Below, piece by piece: positions 24,664 to 32,432 of a DNA stretch of 37,525 nucleotides (the stretch's first letter is position 1; every line of letters starts with the position of its first letter). A model generated the notes under the pieces. That model saw only the letters and a list, made by a program, of their open reading frames with translations, had not been told where the DNA came from and made no database searches. The stretch comes from Spirochaetota bacterium (GTDB lineage Bacteria; Spirochaetota; Spirochaetia; Treponematales; UBA12059): NCBI GenBank assembly GCA_041306765.1, contig JBFZER010000314.1, forward strand, positions 1 through 37,525, given 5' to 3'. A program made the position numbers and the translations under genes.

Positions 24664-25380
24664 ATGAAACAATTCGCGATCCTGGGTCTGAGCTGGTTCG
24701 GCAAGGACGTATTGAACGAGCTTTTGGAGTTCGGCGCCGACGTCATGATCGTGGACAAGGACCGCCAGGTTATCGACGCGTACCGGGACCACCCGGTGAC
24801 AGCCATCGTCATGGACATCTTGAACGAGGAGAACCTGCGCAAGGCCCTGCCCCAAGGACTGGACGGGGTGGTGATCGACATGGGGGAGAAGATCGAGGCG
24901 TCGATCCTGGCCACCAGCTACTGCCGAAAGCTCGGCATCCCCCGGATCTTCGTGAAGGCCGTCACCGAGGGTCACGCGGAGATCCTGGAGATGGTCGGCG
25001 CGACCAAGATCGTCTTCCCCAACCGGGAGGCCGCCAAGAGGATCACGCCCCTCCTGGTGTCCTCGGGCCTCCTCAACTACCTGCCGGTGTCCGGGAACCT
25101 GGTCATCGCGGAACTCGTCGTCCCGGAGCGTCTCTTCGGCCGTTCCCTGCTGGAAGCCAACCTGCGGAAGAACAACGGGATCAACCTGATCTCCGTGCGG
25201 AACGGCGAGGAGGAATACGGTCTCTTCTCACCGGAATATCGGTTCCGCCCGGGGGACGTGGCCCTGGTCTCGGGCCTGGACGAGTCCATCGAGGCCTTCG
25301 CCAATGGTCATGGAACCGCCCGGCGCGCCGGTTCCCTCATGAAGGACCTCGGGCGTCTCTTCGGGAGGAAGAAGGGGTAG
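24664..25380 (+). CDS. ktrA: KtrA/TrkA-type RCK regulatory subunit (RCK_N + RCK_C)
   Basis: 238 aa, starting 4 nt after the ktrB stop. It aligns by eye along its length with B. subtilis KtrA (FAILGLSWFG, VMIVDKD, IFVKA, EILEMVGATKIVFP, GINLISVR). The dinucleotide-fold glycine motif is GLSWFG rather than GLGRFG. Confidence 0.9.
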   Translation: MKQFAILGLSWFGKDVLNELLEFGADVMIVDKDRQVIDAYRDHPVTAIVMDILNEENLRKALPQGLDGVVIDMGEKIEASILATSYCRKLGIPRIFVKAVTEGHAEILEMVGATKIVFPNREAAKRITPLLVSSGLLNYLPVSGNLVIAELVVPERLFGRSLLEANLRKNNGINLISVRNGEEEYGLFSPEYRFRPGDVALVSGLDESIEAFANGHGTARRAGSLMKDLGRLFGRKKG

Positions 25381-25391
25381 TCCCCTCCGCC

Positions 25392-25420
25392 TTGACGGCC
25401 CGGTCGGAGGGGGCGAAAAT
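25392..25420 (+). promoter_or_regulatory. Candidate promoter for the MFS-hydrolase pair
   Basis: TTGACG (25392-25397), a 17-nt spacer, then GAAAAT (25415-25420), about 70 nt upstream of ATG 25493. It overlaps an 8-bp GC hairpin, CCCCTCCG (25382-25389) with CGGAGGGG (25405-25412), that may end the ktr operon. Confidence 0.3.
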
Positions 25421-25492
25421 GGAGCGCCCGGTCTTCAAGCGTCCGGGCCCGTCGGACGCGGTTCCGGTGGGATCGAAAAACCGGAGGCGCAG

Positions 25493-26851
25493 ATGTCCCA
25501 GAAGGAAACAAGCCGGTCAGCCGGCCCGGCATCCTCCGTCATGACTCCCGAGTACTACAGAAAAGCGGCCCTCCTGGGCTTCGGCCTTTTCGGCGCCCAG
25601 CTCATGTGGATGCTCTACAACACCTACATGCCGATCTTCCTGCAGGCCGGGAGCCCGGGCTTCCGGACCGCCGCAGCGGTCCGCGGCTTCGGGCTGTCGG
25701 CCACGGTGACCGGGGTGCTGATGACCCTGGACAACATAGCCGCCTTCTTCCTCCAGCCGATCATGGGCCCGGTCAGCGACCGGACCCGGTCCCGCCTGGG
25801 CCGGCGCATGCCCTGGATCCTGGTCTTCGCGCCCCTGTCCGCCCTGGCCTTCGCCCTGATCCCCCTGGGCGTACAGCTCATACCGGCGGGGCTTTCCGGC
25901 CGGGTCTCCGAGCTGGGCGGGCCCTTCGCACTCCTGATGGGTGCCGCCCTGGTCATGGTGGTATGCATGGCCCTCTGGCGGACCCCCCTGTTCGCCCTCC
26001 TGCCGGATCTCTTCCCGTCCCCCCTGCGCTCCCAGGCCAACGCCGTGGTCAACATCATGTCCGGCATCGGCGGCATCCTGGCCTTCGTGGTCGGGGGAGC
26101 CCTGTTCGCGGTGTACCAGCCCCTGCCGTTCTGGTTCGGAGCCGCGGCCACGGTGGCCGCGGTCCTGGTGCTCTACCGGAACGTACGGGAGCCCCCGGAC
26201 CTGGCCGAGGCGGCGGATGCTCCCGGGGGGCTGCGGGTCCTGGCCCGCCTGCGGGAGATACCGGCGGAGAACAAGCGGAGCCTCGTCCTCCTCATCCTGA
26301 CCGTCCTCTTCTACATGGTGGGCTACATGGCCGTGGAGACCTTCTTCTCCTCCTTCGCCGTCACCCGGCTGGGGCTGGCGCCCTCCGCGGCGGCCCTGCT
26401 CCTGGCGCTGTCCTATGTCTCCTTCCTGATCTTCGCCCTGCCGGCCAGCTTCCTGGCCCGGCGCCTGGGGCGGAGGGTCACCATCGCCGCGGGGCTCCTG
26501 GTATTCGCCGCAGGCCTTCTGGTCATCTGGGCCTTTCCCGTCCTGCCCGTGGTCGCGGCGATGCTCCTGGTGGGGGGCTTCGGCTGGGCCCTGGTGAACG
26601 TGAACTGCCTTCCCATGATCCTGGACACCTCAACCTCCGAGGAGCTCATGGGAACCTATTCGGGGCTCTACTTCATAGCCACCACCCTGGCCGGAACGGT
26701 CGGCCCCATCCTGAACGGCCGCATCATCGACCTGGCCGGCCGGGACTATTCGGTGATCTTCCTGGTCTGCCCGGTCTTCTTCGTCCTGTCCTTCCTGTGC
26801 CTTTTCGGGGTCCGTACCGGGGAGGTTAAGCTTCCGGGAGGGAAGGCATGA
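25493..26851 (+). CDS. MFS transporter, GPH/SLC45-like (glycoside-type) branch
   Basis: 452 aa with about 12 TM helices. The loop 2-3 motif is PVSDRTRSRLGRRMPWIL. GGAGG lies 6 nt upstream of the ATG. Confidence 0.85.
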   Translation: MSQKETSRSAGPASSVMTPEYYRKAALLGFGLFGAQLMWMLYNTYMPIFLQAGSPGFRTAAAVRGFGLSATVTGVLMTLDNIAAFFLQPIMGPVSDRTRSRLGRRMPWILVFAPLSALAFALIPLGVQLIPAGLSGRVSELGGPFALLMGAALVMVVCMALWRTPLFALLPDLFPSPLRSQANAVVNIMSGIGGILAFVVGGALFAVYQPLPFWFGAAATVAAVLVLYRNVREPPDLAEAADAPGGLRVLARLREIPAENKRSLVLLILTVLFYMVGYMAVETFFSSFAVTRLGLAPSAAALLLALSYVSFLIFALPASFLARRLGRRVTIAAGLLVFAAGLLVIWAFPVLPVVAAMLLVGGFGWALVNVNCLPMILDTSTSEELMGTYSGLYFIATTLAGTVGPILNGRIIDLAGRDYSVIFLVCPVFFVLSFLCLFGVRTGEVKLPGGKA

Positions 26852-27990
26852 GAGCCGGCGGCGGATCGACCGGCGAGGCCTGTCCGGATTTCGCGACGGC
26901 CCCGGGCTTCGAAGCCGCCGCCCGGGTCTTCGACGAGCAGATCCGCCGGGGCCTCCACTACGGGGCCCAGATCGAGGTCTGGCACGGGGACCGGCGGGTC
27001 CTGTCCCGGTGGGGCGGGTTCCGGGACTCCCGGGGCGCCCGGCCCGTCAAGGCCGACACCCCCTTCGCGGTCTACTCCGCCACCAAGGCCCTGACCGCGG
27101 CCTGCGTGCACAAACTGGCGGACGAGGGTAGGCTGGACCTGGACGCCCCGGTGGCCGGGTACTGGCCCGGGTTCGCCGCCCGGGGCAAGGGCGGGATCAC
27201 GGTAGCCCATGTTTTATTGCACCAGGCCGGCATACCCGCCGCCGCGGACCTGCCGGAGCTCCTGGCCTGGCTGGTCCCGGGCGGTGGAGCCCGGAGGGCG
27301 GCGGCCCGGAGACCTCTGCACGCCCCGGGGGAGAAGACCCTCTACCACGCCTTCACCGGGGGCTTCGTCCTGGGCGAGGTCATCCGCCGGGTGTCCGGTC
27401 TCTCCGCGGCGGACTACCTCAGGCGGGAGTTCCTGGAACCCCTGGGCATGAAGGACAGTTTTCCGGGCCTGCCCCTGCGGGAGCTCCGCCGGGCCTCGGG
27501 CATCCACACCGCGGATCCCGCCCAGGTCGGCGCGGCCCGGGTCTTCTCGAACCCCCTGTATCGGCGCCTCTACCTGCCCGCGGCCTCCCTGAACACCAGC
27601 GCCCGGGACCTGGCCCGGTTCTACCGGATGCTGTGCGCCGGGGGAGAGCTGGGCGGCCGCCGCTGCCTCTCCCGGAATGCGGTGGAGCGGGCGACCGCGC
27701 TTTGCTGGGACGGCCCCGACTCCCAGTCGGGAATGCGGATCCGCTGGGCCCTGGGCTTCGGCCTGGGAGGCTACTCGCCCTTCCCGGACCGGGAGATCCG
27801 GCACATGGGCCGGGGGGCCACGGAGCGGACCTTCGGCCATTCCGGCCAGGGGGGCTGCGCCTTCGGCTGGGCCGACCCGCCCTCGGGCCTGGTCTTCGCC
27901 TTCACGTGCAACCGCTTCCAGGACATACCCGGAGCCCACCTCCGCTACCAGGAGCTGGCGGACGCCTGCTGGGATGCGATCGGGAGCTGA
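26848..27990 (+). CDS. Serine hydrolase of the class C beta-lactamase / family VIII esterase fold
   Basis: 380 aa with the SxxK motif in FAVYSATKALTAACVHKL and HLLTH-like VAHVLLHQAG. The ATG overlaps the MFS stop (ATGA, 26848-26851). Confidence 0.85.
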   Translation: MRAGGGSTGEACPDFATAPGFEAAARVFDEQIRRGLHYGAQIEVWHGDRRVLSRWGGFRDSRGARPVKADTPFAVYSATKALTAACVHKLADEGRLDLDAPVAGYWPGFAARGKGGITVAHVLLHQAGIPAAADLPELLAWLVPGGGARRAAARRPLHAPGEKTLYHAFTGGFVLGEVIRRVSGLSAADYLRREFLEPLGMKDSFPGLPLRELRRASGIHTADPAQVGAARVFSNPLYRRLYLPAASLNTSARDLARFYRMLCAGGELGGRRCLSRNAVERATALCWDGPDSQSGMRIRWALGFGLGGYSPFPDREIRHMGRGATERTFGHSGQGGCAFGWADPPSGLVFAFTCNRFQDIPGAHLRYQELADACWDAIGS

Positions 27991-28045
27991 GGGCCGCCGG
28001 AAGGGACTGGACGGTCCGGGTTCCGCCCCGCATCCGGGAATTCAG

Positions 28046-28074
28046 TTGACAGATTCCGGAGCTCTGGGTATAAC
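28046..28074 (+). promoter_or_regulatory. Near-consensus sigma70 promoter of the lacI-family/araB/araA operon
   Basis: TTGACA (28046-28051), an exactly 17-nt spacer, then TATAAC (28069-28074). It lies 38 nt upstream of the GTG start at 28112. Confidence 0.6.
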
Positions 28075-28077
28075 TCT

Positions 28078-28099
28078 TTATCGTGTACGTACACGATAA
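28078..28099. promoter_or_regulatory. Perfect 22-bp palindrome, candidate LacI-family operator
   Basis: TTATCGTGTAC|GTACACGATAA has no mismatch and a central CG, as in LacI-family operators. It starts 4 nt after the -10 hexamer, so it covers the predicted +1. I did not see it anywhere else in the window. Confidence 0.6.
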
Positions 28100-28111
28100 G
28101 GAAGCGTACCC

Positions 28112-29170
28112 GTGTCCAACCAGAACGCGACCGTCAAGGAGATAGCCCGCCTGGCCGGGGTATCCATCGGGACGGTGGATCGTGTGCTTCACGGCCGGGA
28201 CGGGGTGGCCGAGGAGACCCGGGAGAACGTCGAATCCATCGTCCGGTCCCTGGGGTACCGGCCCAACGCCCTGGCCCGCCAGCTTTCCCTCGGCAAGACC
28301 TGGCTGTTCCGGGTGCTGGCCCCCAGGGCCGAACAGGACTCCGGGTATTGGGGACTCTGCCTGGACGGCATCCGGGCGGCGGCCCGGGATCTTTCCCGTT
28401 TCTCGGTTCGGACGGAGATCGTAGAGTTCGACCGGTACGACCCCGAGGGGTACCGGAGCATCCTTTCCGCCGCCCTTGAGGAGGACTTCGACGGTCTCCT
28501 CGTGGCGCCGGTGCTGCCGGCCGTGATCGGCCCGGCCCTCGGGGCCCTCCCCCCCGGGACTCCCTACGCGTTTTTCGACGCCGCCCTGGAGGGGTCGGAG
28601 CCCGCTTTTTCCATCGGCCAGGACGCGTTTTCGGCCGGCCGGCTGGCCGGGCGGCTCCTGGCGCTCCTGTCCCCCGGGGACGGCCCCCTGGCCGCGATCG
28701 ACGCCCACCCCGAGGACCGCCACATCCGGCGCCGCGTGGCGGGCTTCCAATCCTTCCTGGGGCGGGAAGGGAGGCGCCGGCTGATCGTCCGGGAATGCCC
28801 GGGCTTCGAGCGGCCGGATATCCGGGCGCGCTGGTTCGAGGACATTTTCCGGGAGGAGCCCGAAACGGGCGGCCTGCTGGTGGCGAACGCCTTCGGCCAC
28901 CTCGCCGGAGAGTGGCTCGCGGCGGCCGGGAAAAAAGACCGCTGCGCCGTAGTCTCCTGGGATCTCGTCCCCGCCAACGCCGCGGCCCTGAGGGACGGGC
29001 TCGTGGACTGCGTCATCTCCCAGCGGCCCCGGGAGCAGGGGCGGCTGGGCTTGGAGCGGCTGTACCGGATAGTCGCCCACGGGGACCCGGGCGGCGCGGT
29101 CACCGTGGCGACGGAAATACTTCTCAAGGAAAATTTACCCGCCCCGGAGGCGGTGGAGGTGCAATCATGA
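28112..29170 (+). CDS. LacI-family transcriptional regulator (probable arabinose regulon repressor)
   Basis: 352 aa. The N-terminal HTH is VKEIARLAGVSIGTVDRVLHG ... VRSLGYRPNALARQLS. A periplasmic-binding-fold body follows. GTG start with AAGGAAG upstream. Confidence 0.9.
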   Translation: MSNQNATVKEIARLAGVSIGTVDRVLHGRDGVAEETRENVESIVRSLGYRPNALARQLSLGKTWLFRVLAPRAEQDSGYWGLCLDGIRAAARDLSRFSVRTEIVEFDRYDPEGYRSILSAALEEDFDGLLVAPVLPAVIGPALGALPPGTPYAFFDAALEGSEPAFSIGQDAFSAGRLAGRLLALLSPGDGPLAAIDAHPEDRHIRRRVAGFQSFLGREGRRRLIVRECPGFERPDIRARWFEDIFREEPETGGLLVANAFGHLAGEWLAAAGKKDRCAVVSWDLVPANAAALRDGLVDCVISQRPREQGRLGLERLYRIVAHGDPGGAVTVATEILLKENLPAPEAVEVQS

Positions 29171-30846
29171 ACCTGGAACGAGGCCGGGACTACGTGCTCG
29201 GGGCGGATTTCGGCACCGATTCGGTGCGGGTGGTGGTGGTGGACGCGGCGGACGGATCCGTCGCGGGGAGCGGCGTCAGTTCGTACCGGAGATGGGCCGA
29301 GGGCCTGTACTGCGATCCGGCGGCCAACCGGTTCCGCCAGCATCCTTCGGACCACATCGAGAGCCTCGAATCCGCCGCCCGGTCGGCCCTGTCCGAGGCC
29401 TCGGGCCGGGCCGGGCCCACGACGGCCTCGAAGGTCCGGGCGGTTTCCGTGGACACCACGGGATCCACCCCCTGCCTGGCGGACGGGACGGGCAGGCCTC
29501 TGGCGCTCCTGCCCGGATTCACCGAGGATCCCGACGGGATGTTCATCCTGTGGAAAGACCATACCTCCGTGGCCGAGGCGGAGCGCATCAACGCCCTGTC
29601 CCGCGGGTGGGGAGGGGAGGACTACACGAAGTACTCGGGCGGGGTCTATTCCTCCGAGTGGTTCTGGGCCAAGGCCCTCCATGTGGTGTCGGCCAACCCG
29701 GCCGTCGCGGGAGCGGCCCGGACCATCGTGGAGCACTGCGACTGGCTGTCCGCCCTCCTCGCGGGGGCGAAGGACCTGAAATCCTGGCGGCGGAGCCGCT
29801 GCGCCGCGGGCCACAAGGCACTCTGGCACTCCTCCTGGGGCGGCTACCCGCCCCCGGAGTTCCTGGCCCGCCTCCATCCCCGCCTGGCCGAGCTGGCCGG
29901 GTCCCTGGGAACCGAGACCTGGCCCGCCACCGAGGCCTTCGGGCCTCTTTGCCCGGAGTGGTCCGAGCGCCTGGGCGTGCCTGCCGGGATCCCGGTGGGG
30001 GTGGGCGCCTTCGACGCGCACATGGGGGCCGTCGGAGGGGACCTGGAGCCCGGAACCCTCCTAAAGATCATGGGCACCAGCACCTGCGACATCATGGTGG
30101 GACCCAGATCCGGGGACGGCAAGGAAAACCTGGTGCGGGGTATCTGCGGCCAGGTGGACGGCTCCGTGATCCCCGGGATGATCGGGTACGAGGCAGGGCA
30201 GTCCGCCTTCGGGGACGTGTTCGCCTGGCTTCGGGGCGTCCTGGCCTGGCCTCTGCGCAACCTGCCGGGCATCGACCCGGACCAGGCCGGCCGCATGGAG
30301 GAGGCCCTCCTGCCCCTCCTGGAGGCGGCCGCCGCGAAGGTCGATCCCGAACGGTCGGGTCTCACGGCCCTGGACTGGCTCAACGGCCGGCGCACCCCGG
30401 ACGCGGACCAGTCCCTGCGGGGGGCGATCTACGGGATCACCCTGGGCACCGACGCCCCCGCCCTGTACCGGTCCCTCATCGAGGCGGCGGCCTTCGGCTC
30501 CCGGGCCATCGTGGAGCGGATGCGCCAGGAAGGCCTCCGGATCGACCGGGTGGCCGCGGTGGGCGGAGTGGCCAAGAAGAGCTCCCTGGCCATGCAGATC
30601 TCCGCGGACGTCCTGGGGATGGAGATTGCGGTGAGCTCCAGCGAGCAGTCCTGCGCCCTGGGTGCCGCCATGTTCGCGGCCGTCGCAGCCGGCCTCTACC
30701 CCGACATCCTTTCCGCCCAGGCAGCCCTGCGCGCCCCGGTGGAGAGGGTCTGGAAGCCCGACCCCGGACGCAGCGCCGTCTACGACCGTCTCTACCGGAA
30801 ATACCTGGCCCTCGGCGCCTACGCCGAGCGGGCCGCCAAGGAGTGA
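29167..30846 (+). CDS. araB: L-ribulokinase (FGGY family)
   Basis: This is the real part of track ORF 28795..30846. The ATG at 29167 overlaps the regulator TGA (ATGA). There is long by-eye identity to E. coli AraB: LGADFGTDSVR, NRFRQHPSDHIES, VDTTGSTP, FILWKDHTSVAEAE, GGVYSSEWFWAK, GICGQVDGSVIPG, EAGQSAFGD and LDWLNGRRTP. Confidence 0.92.
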   Translation: MNLERGRDYVLGADFGTDSVRVVVVDAADGSVAGSGVSSYRRWAEGLYCDPAANRFRQHPSDHIESLESAARSALSEASGRAGPTTASKVRAVSVDTTGSTPCLADGTGRPLALLPGFTEDPDGMFILWKDHTSVAEAERINALSRGWGGEDYTKYSGGVYSSEWFWAKALHVVSANPAVAGAARTIVEHCDWLSALLAGAKDLKSWRRSRCAAGHKALWHSSWGGYPPPEFLARLHPRLAELAGSLGTETWPATEAFGPLCPEWSERLGVPAGIPVGVGAFDAHMGAVGGDLEPGTLLKIMGTSTCDIMVGPRSGDGKENLVRGICGQVDGSVIPGMIGYEAGQSAFGDVFAWLRGVLAWPLRNLPGIDPDQAGRMEEALLPLLEAAAAKVDPERSGLTALDWLNGRRTPDADQSLRGAIYGITLGTDAPALYRSLIEAAAFGSRAIVERMRQEGLRIDRVAAVGGVAKKSSLAMQISADVLGMEIAVSSSEQSCALGAAMFAAVAAGLYPDILSAQAALRAPVERVWKPDPGRSAVYDRLYRKYLALGAYAERAAKE

Positions 30847-30849
30847 GCC

Positions 30850-32349
30850 GTGATCGAACTGAAAAAATACGACTTCTGGTTCGTGACCGGGAGCCAGGAC
30901 CTCTACGGTCCGGAAACCCTGCGCAAGGTGGACGAGCATTCCAAGGCCATGGCCGAGGGCCTCGACGCGGTTGCCCCCTGCCGCCTTGTGTGGAAACCCG
31001 TGCGCAAGGGCCCGGATGCCATACTGGAGCTGATGCGCCAGGCCAATGCCGATCCGGCCTGCGCCGGGGTGGTGACATGGATGCACACCTTCAGCCCTTC
31101 CAAGATGTGGATCTCCGGGCTCCTGGAACTCCGGCGCCCCCTGTGCCACCTCCATACCCAGTACAACCGCGACATCCCCTGGTCGAACCTTGATATGGAC
31201 TTCATGAACCTGAACCAGTCCGCCCACGGCGACCGGGAGCACGGCTACATCGGGGCTCGACTCCGTCTGCCGCGCAAGGTGATCGTCGGCCACTGGGAGG
31301 AACCCTCGGTCCGCGAGCGCCTGGCCGGCTGGATGCGCGCGGCGGCGGCCTTCCAGGACGGCCGGTCCCTCCGGGTGGCCCGATTCGGGGACAACATGCG
31401 GGAGGTGGCCGTCACCGAGGGAGACAAGGTCGAAGCCCAGGCCAAGTTCGGCTGGTCCGTCAACGGGTGGGGCGTGGGCGAGCTCGTCCGGGCCGTGGAG
31501 GGAATCGGGGACGCCGAGGCCGACCGCCTGGTCCGGGAGTACGGCGAGCGCTACGAAGTCGCCCCGGACGCCCGGTCCGGGGAGGGGGGGAAGCGGGTGC
31601 GGGAACAGGCCCGCATCGAGCTGGGGCTCCGGGCCTTCCTGTCCGGGCCGGGCAGGCCTTTCGGGGCCTTCACCACGACCTTCGAGGACCTCCACGGCCT
31701 TCCCCAGCTGCCCGGCCTCGCGGTCCAGCGCCTGATGGCGGAGGGCCTGGGGTTCGGCGCGGAGGGGGACTGGAAGACAGCCGCCCTTGTGCGGGCCATG
31801 AAGGTCATGGCCGCGGGACTGCCCGGGGGAACCACCTTCATGGAGGACTACACCTACCACCTGGAGCCGGGGCGTCAGCTCGTGCTGGGCGCCCACATGC
31901 TGGAGATCTGCCCGAGCGTGGCCGCCGGCCGGCCCCGCCTGGAGGTCCATCCCCTGGGCATCGGCGGCAAGGCCGACCCGGCACGGCTGGTCTTCGACGG
32001 GGACACGGGACCGGCGCTCAACGCGACCCTGGTCGACCTGGGAGACCGGTTCCGGATGATCGTGAACCAGGTCCAGGCCGTGGAAGCCCCGGCTCCCATG
32101 CCGAAGCTCCCGGTGGCCCGCGTCCTCTGGCGGCCCCTGCCGGACCTGCCCCGGGCCGCGGAGTCCTGGATCCTGGCCGGAGGGGCGCACCACACGGGAT
32201 ACTCGCGGGTTGTGAGGACCGAGTGGCTCCGGGACTGGGCGGAGATGGCGGGGATCGAGTTCCTCCTCATCGGCGAGGGCACGGACCCCGAGGATATCCG
32301 AAAGGAGATACGCTGGAACGAGGCCGCCTGGCGTCTGGGCGCGAGGTAG
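30850..32349 (+). CDS. araA: L-arabinose isomerase
   Basis: 499 aa, collinear with E. coli AraA: [113 protein letters not shown] and [12 protein letters not shown] start 3 nt after the araB stop. Confidence 0.95.
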   Translation: MIELKKYDFWFVTGSQDLYGPETLRKVDEHSKAMAEGLDAVAPCRLVWKPVRKGPDAILELMRQANADPACAGVVTWMHTFSPSKMWISGLLELRRPLCHLHTQYNRDIPWSNLDMDFMNLNQSAHGDREHGYIGARLRLPRKVIVGHWEEPSVRERLAGWMRAAAAFQDGRSLRVARFGDNMREVAVTEGDKVEAQAKFGWSVNGWGVGELVRAVEGIGDAEADRLVREYGERYEVAPDARSGEGGKRVREQARIELGLRAFLSGPGRPFGAFTTTFEDLHGLPQLPGLAVQRLMAEGLGFGAEGDWKTAALVRAMKVMAAGLPGGTTFMEDYTYHLEPGRQLVLGAHMLEICPSVAAGRPRLEVHPLGIGGKADPARLVFDGDTGPALNATLVDLGDRFRMIVNQVQAVEAPAPMPKLPVARVLWRPLPDLPRAAESWILAGGAHHTGYSRVVRTEWLRDWAEMAGIEFLLIGEGTDPEDIRKEIRWNEAAWRLGAR

Positions 32350-32354
32350 GGGGG

Positions 32355-32393
32355 ATAAAAAGACCGCCGCCCTCGGGAGGCACGGGGCGGCGG
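32355..32393 (-). terminator. Rho-independent terminator for the minus-strand sugar ABC operon
   Basis: The 9-bp all-GC stem CCGCCGCCC (32364-32372) pairs with GGGCGGCGG (32385-32393). On the minus strand it is followed by TCTTTTTAT (complement of 32355-32363). Confidence 0.5.
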
Positions 32394-32400
32394 GATGGGG

Positions 32401-32432
32401 GCGCCGGACGGAATCGTTCGGCGCTTTATTTA
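32401..32432 (+). terminator. Rho-independent terminator for araA
   Basis: The 10-bp stem GCGCCGGACG (32401-32410) pairs with CGTTCGGCGC (32415-32424), with one G-U pair and loop GAAT. TTTATTTA follows on the plus strand. Its tail overlaps the convergent stop codon at 32430-32432. Confidence 0.55.
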
